Source: an uncultured Desulfobacterales bacterium | GTDB lineage: Bacteria; Desulfobacterota; Desulfobacteria; Desulfobacterales; UBA11574 | DNA length: 64,000 nt | NCBI GenBank assembly: GCA_937998305.1 | Contig: CALLDL010000120.1 | Span: 6,554-70,553, forward strand | Direction of reading: 5' to 3' | Shown here: one piece after another, positions 20,657-30,611 of the stretch | Numbering within the stretch: the first letter of the stretch is position 1 | Layout of the letters: each line of letters opens with the position of its first letter | Position numbers and translations under genes: made by a program | Notes under the pieces: model-generated | The model's input: the letters and a program-made list of their open reading frames with translations, nothing else | What the model was told of the DNA's origin: nothing | Databases searched by the model: none

Positions 20657-21488
20657 AAAATTTTCCGAACTGATTATGATCGAACAGACTCTTTTTGCGC
20701 TTCCCTTTGCATTACTGGGGGTACTTTTCGCCGGGGGGGGAACTATTGGGACCTGGTTCTGGGTGATTATTGCAATGGCGGCTGCCAGAACCGCCGGCAT
20801 GTCTTTTAATCGGGTCATCGATGCGGGTATTGATGCAAAGAATCCACGCACCAGGGATCGGTTGATTCCAAAAGGGGAGGTTCGGCCCAAAACAGTGTGG
20901 ATGACGGCAGTGATTTCTTCGCTGGTGCTTATAGGTGCCTCATTCATGCTGAACAGACTCTGTTTTTATCTGTCGTTCCCGGCGGTTTTTATGCTGTTTA
21001 CCTATTCCTACTTTAAACGCTTCAGTGCTTCATCTCATTTTTATCTGGGTTTGGTGGAAGCCGTCGCCCCCATCGGCGGATATATTGCCGTGACCGGAGA
21101 ATTTACGCGTGTTCCCTTTGTACTTGGATTGGTTATTTTCACCTGGATCGCCGGACTCGATATTGTGTATGCGATACAGGATATGGAATTCGATATCAAA
21201 GAAAACCTTCATTCCATACCGGTTCGAGTGGGAAAGAAAAAGGCGCTTTTCATCTCTACCGCCTGCTATATGGTTTCCATAAGCGCCATGGTATATGCGG
21301 GTTTTTTAACCCATAAGAATGTCTTTTACTGGGCTGCGGTTGTATCCGTTGGAATGATATTTTTATATCAGCAGCGGTTGGCCAGGAGCCATAACATTGC
21401 GTTGGCGGTAAAAAAATTTTTTAAAGCCAATATGTATATATCCCCGATACTTTTTATTGGGACATTTACGGATGTCTTTATCTTGTAG
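20646..21488 (+). CDS. mqnP: UbiA-family prenyltransferase (futalosine pathway)
   Basis: TLFALPFA, NRVIDAGIDAKNPRT, DIVYAIQDMEFD; multiple TM helices. Confidence 0.88.
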   Translation: MDFKKFSELIMIEQTLFALPFALLGVLFAGGGTIGTWFWVIIAMAAARTAGMSFNRVIDAGIDAKNPRTRDRLIPKGEVRPKTVWMTAVISSLVLIGASFMLNRLCFYLSFPAVFMLFTYSYFKRFSASSHFYLGLVEAVAPIGGYIAVTGEFTRVPFVLGLVIFTWIAGLDIVYAIQDMEFDIKENLHSIPVRVGKKKALFISTACYMVSISAMVYAGFLTHKNVFYWAAVVSVGMIFLYQQRLARSHNIALAVKKFFKANMYISPILFIGTFTDVFIL

Positions 21489-21549
21489 GGATGGAATTTT
21501 CTTTTAATTTTGGACGTTGAACTTGGACATCAAATAATAACAGGAGCAT

Positions 21550-22161
21550 TTGAATAAAATGATCGTTGTTGCAATTTCAGGGGCAAGCGGCCCGATTATC
21601 GGAATTCGTTTAATAGAAGAACTCCTCAATTCAAAAGAACGGGTTGCCGCCATCGTTTCACAACCGGCCGGCCAGATCATCGAATATGAAATGTTATTTG
21701 GAAAAGAGCCTTTTTCATCTTTGAAAGCGCTGCTTGAAAAGCGCGATATAGCAAAAAACATCGATCTTTTGAGCGAGTACAAAAACAATGATTTTTTTGC
21801 ACCGATGGCCAGCGGATCTGCTGAATTTGAAGCGATGGTCGTGATTCCCTGTTCCATGAAAACACTGTCTGCCATTGTTCATGGATATGCCGATTCGTTG
21901 ATGAATCGAGCATGTGATGTGGCACTCAAAGAAAAACGAAGATGTATTATTGTGCCCAGGGAAACACCGCTTAGCGTCATTCACACTGAAAATTTACACA
22001 AGGCAGCGTTGGCTGGAATAGAAATCGTACTGCCGGTGCCGGGATTTTACACGCGGCCCGAATCCCTTGATGATGTCATTGACTTTGTTGTGGGCAAGGT
22101 GTTGAACCTTTTGGGCAGAAAGCACAACCTGTTTGAAAGCTGGGGAAAGAAGAAAATATAA
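21550..22161 (+). CDS. ubiX: Flavin prenyltransferase UbiX (MqnM-like)
   Basis: AISGASG, ASGS, PCSMKTL, RACDVALKEKR, PRETPL. Confidence 0.93.
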   Translation: MNKMIVVAISGASGPIIGIRLIEELLNSKERVAAIVSQPAGQIIEYEMLFGKEPFSSLKALLEKRDIAKNIDLLSEYKNNDFFAPMASGSAEFEAMVVIPCSMKTLSAIVHGYADSLMNRACDVALKEKRRCIIVPRETPLSVIHTENLHKAALAGIEIVLPVPGFYTRPESLDDVIDFVVGKVLNLLGRKHNLFESWGKKKI

Positions 22162-22162
22162 A

Positions 22163-23281
22163 ATGGCGTTCCCGAATAACATACAAAACAAAAAGCTTCG
22201 CAGTATCGCTGAAAAGGTCTCCAGCAATGTTCCGGTGACCAAAGAAGATGCGCTCTGCATGCTCAAAACAGATGATATTCTGGATCTTGGCGCCATTGCC
22301 AACCATATCAGGACAAGATTGCATGGAAACATCGCATACTACGGCGTTAACATGAATCTGAATTACACCAATATTTGCGAGTTGAGATGCCCGCTATGCG
22401 CCTACTCTTGTGATGAGAACGATGAAAATGCATTTTTACTTTCTTTTAACGAAATCGAAGAGAGGATACGACGTGCGGTTTCTATGGGGATCGACGAAGT
22501 TCACATCGTGGGTGGACTCCATCCAAAACTGACGCTGGGTTATTTCGAAAAGATGATAAGGCTCATTAAAGAGATAAAACCGGATATGCACATTGTTGCA
22601 TTTACTGCCGTTGAATATGATTACTTTGCCAAAATAAACAAGGTTTCTCTGGAAGAAGTGTTCAGGAGGCTGATGGATTCAGGTGTCGAAGCGCTTCCCG
22701 GCGGTGGGGCCGAAATCTTTTCTGTGCATGTTCGGGATATCATCGCACCCAAAAAAATATCCGGGACAAAATGGTTGTCCGTCATGCGGACGGCCCACAA
22801 AATGGGCCTTAAAACAAATGCAACCATGCTGTACAATCATATCGAGGAACCCGAGGATATTGTCGATCACCTGTCGCGGATTCGTGATCTTCAGGATGAA
22901 ACTGGCGGCTTTAAAACCTTTGTACCCTTACAGTTTCACGGAGAAAATACGAAAATCGATGTCAAACGTTTTACAACGGGCTACGATGATATAAGGATCT
23001 ATGCCACGAGTCGCATTTTCCTTCACAATGTACCTCATTTAAAGGCTTTGTGGATGTATGTTGGAGAAAAGATGGCCCAGGTGCTCCTCAAGTTCGGCGT
23101 CGATGACATCGGTGCCACCTACCACAATGAAAAAGTGGTTCATGCTGCCGGTGCACAGACACCCGATTTTGGATCCGAATCGTTTTTAAGAAGACTGATC
23201 CATAAGGCTCAACTCATGCCTGAACGAACAACCGCCAGCTACCGAACTGTTTCAGCCCATCCGAAAGAGGCAGCGATATGA
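22163..23281 (+). CDS. mqnE: Aminofutalosine synthase, radical SAM
   Basis: NYTNICELRCPLC, HIVGGLHP, PGGGAEIF, NATMLY, LQDETGGF, HLKALW. Confidence 0.85.
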   Translation: MAFPNNIQNKKLRSIAEKVSSNVPVTKEDALCMLKTDDILDLGAIANHIRTRLHGNIAYYGVNMNLNYTNICELRCPLCAYSCDENDENAFLLSFNEIEERIRRAVSMGIDEVHIVGGLHPKLTLGYFEKMIRLIKEIKPDMHIVAFTAVEYDYFAKINKVSLEEVFRRLMDSGVEALPGGGAEIFSVHVRDIIAPKKISGTKWLSVMRTAHKMGLKTNATMLYNHIEEPEDIVDHLSRIRDLQDETGGFKTFVPLQFHGENTKIDVKRFTTGYDDIRIYATSRIFLHNVPHLKALWMYVGEKMAQVLLKFGVDDIGATYHNEKVVHAAGAQTPDFGSESFLRRLIHKAQLMPERTTASYRTVSAHPKEAAI

Positions 23282-24090
23282 AACTGGGCTACATCGACTA
23301 TCTCAACTGCTATCCGTTTTATTTTCGCATGTTCGAAAAACAAGCCGTCAATGGGATCAGCATCTATCCGGGATATCCATGTATGCTCAACAAAATGATG
23401 GCGGACCGACAACTCGACATGAGCCCCATTTCCTCTGCAACCTGCGCAGAAATTGCTGATAATGTAGTTGTGCTGCCGCAATTTTGTTTAAGCTCGGTTG
23501 GATATGTCGGTTCGGTGATTCTGGTGAGCAAAATACCCATTGAGGATCTGAATCAAAAAAGAGTGGGAATTACCAGTGCTTCACATACTTCTGAAGTACT
23601 TTTAAAAGTTCTTCTCAAGCATTTTTACAATTTAGAACCGGTGTATATACCGACCCAACCCAGACCCGTTCTCAAAGATATGGATGCGGCTCTGGTCATC
23701 GGGAACGATGCCATGGCCATATCTTCCGAACCGATTCCCTATATTTATGATCTCGGAGATTTATGGCTGAGAAAAACCGGTTTTCCGGTGGTATTTGCCG
23801 TTTTTGCCGTAAGAGAAAGCGTGGTTGAAAAATATTCGTCCCGGATAAAATCTGTTATTTCTTCTTATCACCGTTCACTTGGCTGCCTTGAAGAAGAAAA
23901 AGAACATGTCGTTTCAAAAGCAAGAGCAAAATATCCGGATATTATTTACGATATCAATAGTTATTTTGATCTGTTAGAGTTTAAATTAGATGATGAATTA
24001 AAAAAAGCCCTGATGTTTTACTATACCGTAGCAGGAGAAATGGGCCTGCTCAAAAAGGTGACAAAGCTGAACTATTTGGATAAATATTAA
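23278..24090 (+). CDS. mqnA: Chorismate dehydratase
   Basis: GYIDYLNCYP, VGSVILVSK, SHTS, ALVIGNDA, YDLGDLW..TGFPVVFAVF. Confidence 0.88.
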   Translation: MKLGYIDYLNCYPFYFRMFEKQAVNGISIYPGYPCMLNKMMADRQLDMSPISSATCAEIADNVVVLPQFCLSSVGYVGSVILVSKIPIEDLNQKRVGITSASHTSEVLLKVLLKHFYNLEPVYIPTQPRPVLKDMDAALVIGNDAMAISSEPIPYIYDLGDLWLRKTGFPVVFAVFAVRESVVEKYSSRIKSVISSYHRSLGCLEEEKEHVVSKARAKYPDIIYDINSYFDLLEFKLDDELKKALMFYYTVAGEMGLLKKVTKLNYLDKY

Positions 24091-25175
24091 TGCCTGAATC
24101 TTGCCTGAAAATTGATGAGAACCTTTATCATAAGATCTACGAGGGTGGACGGATCACTCCTGAAGAAGCGCTTGAACTCTTCTCCTGGGACATCATCGAG
24201 CTGGGAAATGCCGGGGATATGCGCAGAAAATTAGCATTTCCCGAAGAAACGGTGGGATTCATTATCGACCGGATTATCAATTTTACCAATATTTGTGAGG
24301 CGGCATGTGCGTTTTGCGCATTTCATGCCCGGGCAAATCTTATTGAGCCTTATGAAGTGACCATGGACGATATTTATCTAAAGATCGAAGAACTTATAAC
24401 TGCCGGGGGCACTCAGGTCATGCTTCAGGGCGGACTTCATCCCGACTATACATTGAACACGTATATCGACATAGTAACATCGGTAAAAAAACGGTTCCCG
24501 GACATCTATCTTCACTCTTTTTCTCCTTCAGAGATCGTTCATATTTCACGGAAAAGTTCGGCGCCCATCAATGATGTGGTGAAAGCACTTAAATCAGCCG
24601 GTCTCGATTCCACGCCCGGTGCGTCCGATCTGCTGGTGGACAGGATCCGAAACAAAGTCAGCCCGAAAAAAACCACGGTGGATGAATGGCAAGAGGTCAT
24701 GCGTGCGCTTTATCGGAATGACATGATGTCGTCGGCAACCATGACGTATGGAATGGGAGAGACCGATGAAGAAAAGATCGCCCATTTAAAGGTCATCCGG
24801 GATATCCAGGATGAAACCGGAATTTTGCAGGCCTTTATTCCCTGGTCTTTTTCACCGGCAAAGACGCGTATGGAAGATACGCTTCCGGCGACGGGAATCG
24901 ATTATCTTAAAATACTGGCCATTGCACGGATTTTTCTCGACAATATCATCTATATTCAAGCAGGATGGCTAACCGAGGGTCTGAAACTTGCTCAGGTTGC
25001 CTTGACCATGGGGGCAAACGATATGGGCGGGGTGCTCATGGAAGAGGTCGTGGTAAAGGCAACAGGGATAACAACCAGGACCAACGACAAGGAGCTTATC
25101 CATATCATTCAAAATGCCGGAAAAATCCCTGTTCAAAGGGATTCCCGCTATCAGGCGATAAAGGAGTATGTATGA
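24090..25175 (+). CDS. mqnC: Cyclic dehypoxanthine futalosine synthase, radical SAM
   Basis: FIIDRIINFTNICEAACAFCAF, MLQGGLHP, AFIPWSF, GANDMGGVLMEE. Confidence 0.85.
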   Translation: MPESCLKIDENLYHKIYEGGRITPEEALELFSWDIIELGNAGDMRRKLAFPEETVGFIIDRIINFTNICEAACAFCAFHARANLIEPYEVTMDDIYLKIEELITAGGTQVMLQGGLHPDYTLNTYIDIVTSVKKRFPDIYLHSFSPSEIVHISRKSSAPINDVVKALKSAGLDSTPGASDLLVDRIRNKVSPKKTTVDEWQEVMRALYRNDMMSSATMTYGMGETDEEKIAHLKVIRDIQDETGILQAFIPWSFSPAKTRMEDTLPATGIDYLKILAIARIFLDNIIYIQAGWLTEGLKLAQVALTMGANDMGGVLMEEVVVKATGITTRTNDKELIHIIQNAGKIPVQRDSRYQAIKEYV

Positions 25176-25972
25176 CACGTCTCGATATCGCTTTTTCAAC
25201 ATGCCCAAACGACACGTTTATTTTTCACGCAATGCTTCATGATTGTATCGATACAAGAGATTTTCGTTTCATTCCCCATATGCACGATGTGGAAGAATTA
25301 AATAAAAAGGCTTTTTCCAAAACATTCCATGTCTCCAAGCTCTCTTTTTATGCCTATCTTAAACTCAGACAATCCTATGAAATCCTTGATGCAGGATCCG
25401 CCTTAGGGTTTGGATGCGGGCCGCTGCTTGTGGGAAGATCAGCGGATATTTCATTTTCAAAAGCAAAAATTGCCGTGCCCGGAGAATACACCACCGCAAA
25501 TCTTCTCATGAGGTTGTGGAATCCTTCAATACACAATGTCGAAGTCACCCGGTTTGACAATATTCTCGAAGGCGTCCAAATCGGAAAATACGATGCCGGA
25601 CTCATCATTCACGAAGGCCGATTCATCTATCCGGAGTATGACTGTGTCGAAATCATCGATCTTGGCAAATGGTGGGAGGACGAAACATCGCTTCCCATCC
25701 CATTGGGATGTATTGCCGTCAGAAAAGATCCCCCTTTTATCGATTATAAACAGGATATGGAATCTGTTCTACGCAATTCGGTGGCGTACGCTTTCAATAA
25801 CAGGGATGCATCCAGGGAATTTGTGAAATTTCATGCCCAGGAAATGGACGATCAGGTGATTGACGGGCACATTGACCTTTATGTCAATAATTTTACCCTA
25901 TCGTTAGGGGATACAGGAAAAGAAGCCGTTCAGGCCCTTGAGGAGATGGCACGTTGGAAACAGATATTGTAA
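25172..25972 (+). CDS. mqnD: 1,4-dihydroxy-6-naphthoate synthase
   Basis: FSTCPNDTFIF, DVEELN, GCGPLLV, IIHEGRF, LPIPLG, HIDLYVN; ATG 25172 follows AAGGAG. Confidence 0.92.
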   Translation: MTRLDIAFSTCPNDTFIFHAMLHDCIDTRDFRFIPHMHDVEELNKKAFSKTFHVSKLSFYAYLKLRQSYEILDAGSALGFGCGPLLVGRSADISFSKAKIAVPGEYTTANLLMRLWNPSIHNVEVTRFDNILEGVQIGKYDAGLIIHEGRFIYPEYDCVEIIDLGKWWEDETSLPIPLGCIAVRKDPPFIDYKQDMESVLRNSVAYAFNNRDASREFVKFHAQEMDDQVIDGHIDLYVNNFTLSLGDTGKEAVQALEEMARWKQIL

Positions 25973-26643
25973 CGGCCATTGTCATGGCCACCATGCTTGA
26001 GGCAAAGCCATTTGTCCTGGGGATGTCCTTACGGCAGACCCGGAAAATTCCTTTCCGATTGTTCCAAAATGACGGAATTTTATTAATTATTTCGGGCATC
26101 GGCAAAGCCAATGCCGCCATGGCGACGGCGTATAGCTGTCTGAAATTCAAGCCGGCCTGCATCTGTAATTTGGGCGCAGCTGGCGCCACACATTCCGGAT
26201 ATGATCTTGGAGAGATATGTCATATTCAGAAAATTGTCGAACCTGACCGGCCCGATCTCAAAACCGGGAAACCATGTGTTCACAAACCGGATTTACTGGC
26301 AGGATTCAATACCACGATACTGGCCACCAGGGATCGGGCGGTTCTCGATCCTAAAGAAAGAAAAGCGATTTCCATAAATGCCGATCTTGTAGACATGGAA
26401 GGCGCCTCGGTGGTTCAGGCCTGCAGAACGTTTAAGAAAAATTGTTATCTATTCAAATTCGTCAGCGACACACCGGATCATACGCGCGATCAGGATATTG
26501 TGAATCATATTCGGCTTTACCGCAAAAAATTTTATGATTTTTTTACGGATTCCGTAAGGCCGGTGTTGCCTGTCCCTTCCGCGTTCTCCCGCGAAAAGCA
26601 TGCGGGAGTCGAGGTCTCCCCCACTTCTAAGTCATTGAAATGA
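25954..26643 (+). CDS. mqnB: MTA/SAH/futalosine nucleosidase family protein
   Basis: ATMLEA, SGIGKANAA, NLGAAG, VDMEGA, KFVSD; last gene of the mqn operon. Confidence 0.7.
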   Translation: METDIVTAIVMATMLEAKPFVLGMSLRQTRKIPFRLFQNDGILLIISGIGKANAAMATAYSCLKFKPACICNLGAAGATHSGYDLGEICHIQKIVEPDRPDLKTGKPCVHKPDLLAGFNTTILATRDRAVLDPKERKAISINADLVDMEGASVVQACRTFKKNCYLFKFVSDTPDHTRDQDIVNHIRLYRKKFYDFFTDSVRPVLPVPSAFSREKHAGVEVSPTSKSLK

Positions 26644-26722
26644 CGAAGCCACTTCGCCAACTCGCCTGCCATGCAAGGCACGAGCGGGCAGGTATCGTTT
26701 CACGAGGAAGCACACCCGGTGA
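26569..26722. repeat. Partial copy of a palindromic repeat also present at 40487-40608, carrying a 32-bp nested insertion
   Basis: Shared CGTTCTCCCGCGAAAAGCATGCGGGAG..CTAAGTCATTGAAAT..GAAGCCACT..GCCAA..TATCGTT; extra 26661-26692. Confidence 0.8.
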
Positions 26723-26846
26723 ACACATATAAAAAAATGTCGAGTAGGATTTGTACTCTTTAGTAAGTGTTTATTTTCAGAACTCCAGTGAAAGTCCGTG
26801 TTTGAAAACCGATATGATAATAAATTGCCGAGTCGTCAAACACAGT

Positions 26847-28316
26847 TCAAGTGGCAGATCCTCCGGCAGAACTTGTCGGTGATGACCCTTCCGGCAGCAT
26901 TGCCGAGTCCACAACAAAAATACCGTCATCTTTTAAGCCGGCCAGTTCGTTTAATGCCTCCCGGATTTCTGTTGCCCCTCTGTCTCTTACAAGTTTCACA
27001 GAACCGAACTCCTTCTTGGTCTGGGCGAGAGAAAATCGTCCGGCTGTCTTTTCGAGATAGGCATACACGAAGCCTTTCACAGCTTGCCAACTGTCGCGAC
27101 GCGTCTGATTTTCAAGGGGGGTAAGTTTGTCCAGATCTCTAAGAACACGAGAATAAAAACGGGCTGCCCGACGCTTCATGAGCAGGGTGGACCACAGGAA
27201 AAATACTATCAAAGCAGCGACACCTCCGACACCTATAAGCATACGCTGGTCCATGCCCCCTAACATACCGGAGATCATAAGACCGAAAGTTGCGCTTGCG
27301 CCGAGAAGAAGACTCACCAAAAAGCCGATAAAGGTGTGTTTCCAGCGAAATTTGCGCAATCTTCGACGGTAGTTCATCAGGGCTTCAAGGAAATGGCCCA
27401 GGCGTTCGCCATGGGTTTCGACAAAGGTGGCCAGGTGATCGAGACGATGTCTCGGGGCTTTAAGGATGGCCTTTTTCAATTCCTCGCGCTGATTTTCCAG
27501 ATGACCTAAAAAACTCATATCCCCTCCGGACCGTTTCCCTGCACGCAACATGGCCCGCGGAGAGTAGGTGAGGCAGATGGGGGGGATGTCCTTCCGACCG
27601 GTGATCTGAGATAGATTCCAACACAGCGTTCCATAGACCTGCAAAAGATCGACAAAGGAGACACATTCATCAATTCGGTTCAAAACAAAGAGCAGACGGT
27701 CTTCATAGGTACGGGTCGGCAGGGTTTCTCGAATGCTGATATATGATTCACGTACCGTTCCTGCCTTATGGGGATCGAAGACCACCAAAACCAGGTCGGC
27801 TATCTGTGCCAATTCACCTATGACTTCTTGATAGTCATACCCGCGATCCCGTTCGGTGATACTGTCAAGCATTCCAGGGGTATCAATGATGGCAAGGGTT
27901 TCTAAAAAAGGCGCATTCACTTTTTTCAGGCGAAAGTGAGAGGCAAATCGTTGTCCGTGTTTTCTCAGTGTTTCAAAGGGATATTCCGGATCATTGAGCA
28001 AAAACTTGCCATCTCGTTCTTCAACAACGCGAACGTTTTCCGCGGTAGTCGCAGAATCGTCATAGGTGATGACGGTAAAGGAATCGTCGGTGGGCGCCTG
28101 ACCGGTTGCTTGAATATCCGCTCCAAGAAATTCATTGATAAGGGTTGATTTGCCGGAAGAATAGTTCCCTAAAACAAGGACAAGTGGCCGCCATTTAATG
28201 TTTGTTTCCAAGGGAACATCACTATAACCGTAATGGAGCGCTGCAGGGGAGAGGTAGTCTGATACCATTTTCACCAGCTCGGTTCGAAGCGAATTAATGT
28301 AATTCTGACGATACAT
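26847..28316 (-). CDS. Dynamin-superfamily (EHD/sarcalumenin-like) NTPase with two C-terminal TM helices
   Basis: GNYSSGKST, PTDDSF, IIDTPGML, RGYDY, FDPHK, VLNRID, LLQVYGTLCWNL. Confidence 0.85.
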   Translation of the reverse strand: MYRQNYINSLRTELVKMVSDYLSPAALHYGYSDVPLETNIKWRPLVLVLGNYSSGKSTLINEFLGADIQATGQAPTDDSFTVITYDDSATTAENVRVVEERDGKFLLNDPEYPFETLRKHGQRFASHFRLKKVNAPFLETLAIIDTPGMLDSITERDRGYDYQEVIGELAQIADLVLVVFDPHKAGTVRESYISIRETLPTRTYEDRLLFVLNRIDECVSFVDLLQVYGTLCWNLSQITGRKDIPPICLTYSPRAMLRAGKRSGGDMSFLGHLENQREELKKAILKAPRHRLDHLATFVETHGERLGHFLEALMNYRRRLRKFRWKHTFIGFLVSLLLGASATFGLMISGMLGGMDQRMLIGVGGVAALIVFFLWSTLLMKRRAARFYSRVLRDLDKLTPLENQTRRDSWQAVKGFVYAYLEKTAGRFSLAQTKKEFGSVKLVRDRGATEIREALNELAGLKDDGIFVVDSAMLPEGSSPTSSAGGSAT

Positions 28317-28352
28317 CGCTATCTCCCATTTATCCGTCTATATCTCACTTCT

Positions 28353-28387
28353 ACCTAAATTGAGCGTTTGAGACGCTCAGTTTAGGT
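28353..28387. repeat. REP-like hairpin of the ACCTAA-TGAGCG family
   Basis: ACCTAAATTGAGCGT-TTGAG-ACGCTCAGTTTAGGT (15-bp stem, 1 mismatch). Confidence 0.7.
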
Positions 28388-28391
28388 TCTA

Positions 28392-28934
28392 TTATTGGGT
28401 GTCCTTCACGCTTTTTCGCTTCATCCACCATCGAAGACCTAACAGTGAAAGCGCCCATCCTAAAAAAATGCTGTCGTCTATTTTTCCCATAATGAAATCC
28501 GGCATGAAAAAATAAACAGTAGCCCCAAAAAGAAAGCTGATGAACAAGGCGGTAGTATAACGCATCCAAGTGAAGATTCTAAAGAAAACCATAAACAGTA
28601 ATGTCCAGAAAAGATAGAATACCGTGGTGGCTGTGACTCGGTACTTCACGGGGATACTTTCTGATACTTTTGATAAGAAAAGGTGAAACCTTTTACTTGG
28701 CTTGTGGAGCCGGTAATGGAGGATCTCTTTCACCGTTATTGTTTCATCGATGTAACGTCCTGCCGGTATAAGAAAATCGAGAGTTAACGGGAACCCTTGC
28801 TCATGGAGACGGTCGTTGGTCTGGCGAAAAGGAAGAGATAGGATCTTTCGAAATCCTGTGTAAAAGACGCTGATGATCGCTATCAAAGACACCAAAGAAA
28901 GCACTGTCCAGAGAATTTTAGCCCGTATAACCAT
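28392..28934 (-). CDS. Hypothetical integral membrane protein
   Basis: 180 aa with about four hydrophobic segments; directly upstream of the dynamin-like gene. Confidence 0.7.
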   Translation of the reverse strand: MVIRAKILWTVLSLVSLIAIISVFYTGFRKILSLPFRQTNDRLHEQGFPLTLDFLIPAGRYIDETITVKEILHYRLHKPSKRFHLFLSKVSESIPVKYRVTATTVFYLFWTLLFMVFFRIFTWMRYTTALFISFLFGATVYFFMPDFIMGKIDDSIFLGWALSLLGLRWWMKRKSVKDTQ

Positions 28935-29405
28935 CTATGTGCCCTGACCTCCAGAGATAAAAATATAAGAACCTGCAGGGGCTTTGATTTTATATCTGAA
29001 TCTTGCATATGAAAGCCTCCAACTCGTGCAAAATTCAGGTTATAGAATCCGTTGGTTGAAAATAGTGAACAAATACTTGTCGTATACAAAATTCCAGTTA
29101 ACCGTAATATCTAAAACCATTTATTTTAATGCTGACTTGTCTCAAAGCTACCAGAGGCGATCCAAGGTGTCAACTGACACTTTTGGGTCCGGCTGAAAAA
29201 CTATGGCCATGCAGATATTGATTTTGCCAATCATAATCCGCCCAACTATTTGCATTATCAATTTTACTTATCGTTTATCATTATATTATAGATTCATCAC
29301 CTTAAATGAATTTTATTCGAAAAGATAAAAAAATAAGAATGGTTGATTTTAAGAAAAAAATCGACGGTGTTTTTATAAAAGGTCCAACGTATCGTCGTCA
29401 CTTTA

Positions 29406-29957
29406 TTGATGGGAAGACAGCGTTCAATGAACGGTCAAGAAGCGGAAACAATTAACGGCCGGAAAGAGGAAGGAATATTTGTCCTGATAAATTCTTTTCC
29501 GTCTCCCTTAATCTACCATTTGATTCGTATTTTGCTGAGTGTAATTTTTTTGTGGTCCGGCATTTCAAAGCTGATGGATCCTGCAGAATTTGCCGTAATT
29601 ATAAATGGATATGGTTTAATGCCCGACGCTTGGATTCTGCCTCTGGCCATTGCCTTACTTTTGCTGGAAATGGTCTTCGGCTTGGGTCTATTATTGGATA
29701 TCCGGGGATCTCTGGTCGTCATCACGGGTCTTTTAATGTTGTTTATTGCTATCCTTAGCTACGGCATCTGGTTGGGGCTCGATATCGACTGCGGCTGTTT
29801 CGGTCCTGAAGATCCGGAGGCCAAAGCCTTTCACGGACTTTGGTCGGCCCTTGTTCGGGATATCATAATGATGCTGGGAATTTTTTATCTTTATTACCAT
29901 CGGTTTAACCAGATTGTTACTCCTAAACGGTTAAGAAATCTGTTTAAAATTAATTAA
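29406..29957 (+). CDS. MauE/DoxX-family membrane protein (start uncertain)
   Basis: RILLSVIFLWSGISKLMDP, GLDIDCGCFG, RD motif. Confidence 0.85.
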   Translation: MMGRQRSMNGQEAETINGRKEEGIFVLINSFPSPLIYHLIRILLSVIFLWSGISKLMDPAEFAVIINGYGLMPDAWILPLAIALLLLEMVFGLGLLLDIRGSLVVITGLLMLFIAILSYGIWLGLDIDCGCFGPEDPEAKAFHGLWSALVRDIIMMLGIFYLYYHRFNQIVTPKRLRNLFKIN

Positions 29958-29971
29958 AAGCAGGAGGATTA

Positions 29972-30505
29972 ATGATGCGAATCGGGAAAACTGTCTTTAG
30001 CCTTGTTGTTCTGGGATTGTTTGTGATAGGTCTGACAAGTCCGTCTTTGGCCAAAAACAAATTCGAAAAAGAAGTGGAGAAAGAACAGGACGCTGTAAAA
30101 CTGGTCCGGGAAGTTCAGCGAGGAGGTTATGGCGTAATTACCACTAAAGAACTCAAGGATATGATCGATTCCGGCAAGGATGTTCTCATTGTTGATACCA
30201 TGCCTTATGAGGCCAGCTATAAAAAAACACACATTCCCGGTGCCGAGCAGTTTTTATTTCCCATTCCTGAAATGAAAGAATGGAATACTAAGGAGACAGG
30301 CGGAAAGACCGTGGATGATTTCAAAGTGCTGCTGGGTCCGGACAAAAACATAACTATTGTTGCCTATTGCGGGTTTGTCAAATGTACTCGGAGCCACAAC
30401 GGGGCCATGTGGGCCGTAAAATTAGGCTACAAGAACGTGTTGCGTTTTCCGGGCGGCATTTTTGCCTGGAAAGGGGCCAGGTACCCGACAGAAAAAGCCA
30501 AATAA
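29972..30505 (+). CDS. Exported rhodanese-like sulfurtransferase
   Basis: Signal peptide; IVDTMP, HIPGA, YCGFVKCTRSH, GGIFAW. Confidence 0.88.
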   Translation: MMRIGKTVFSLVVLGLFVIGLTSPSLAKNKFEKEVEKEQDAVKLVREVQRGGYGVITTKELKDMIDSGKDVLIVDTMPYEASYKKTHIPGAEQFLFPIPEMKEWNTKETGGKTVDDFKVLLGPDKNITIVAYCGFVKCTRSHNGAMWAVKLGYKNVLRFPGGIFAWKGARYPTEKAK

Positions 30506-30611
30506 GGATTCATCTTCGAATGGAGCAACACCGCTCAATTTGAAGATATCCGTTTGTTGTTGTTTTGATACGAATTCTGAGCCGATCAGGGTTCAAGTGA
30601 CATTATTTCTC

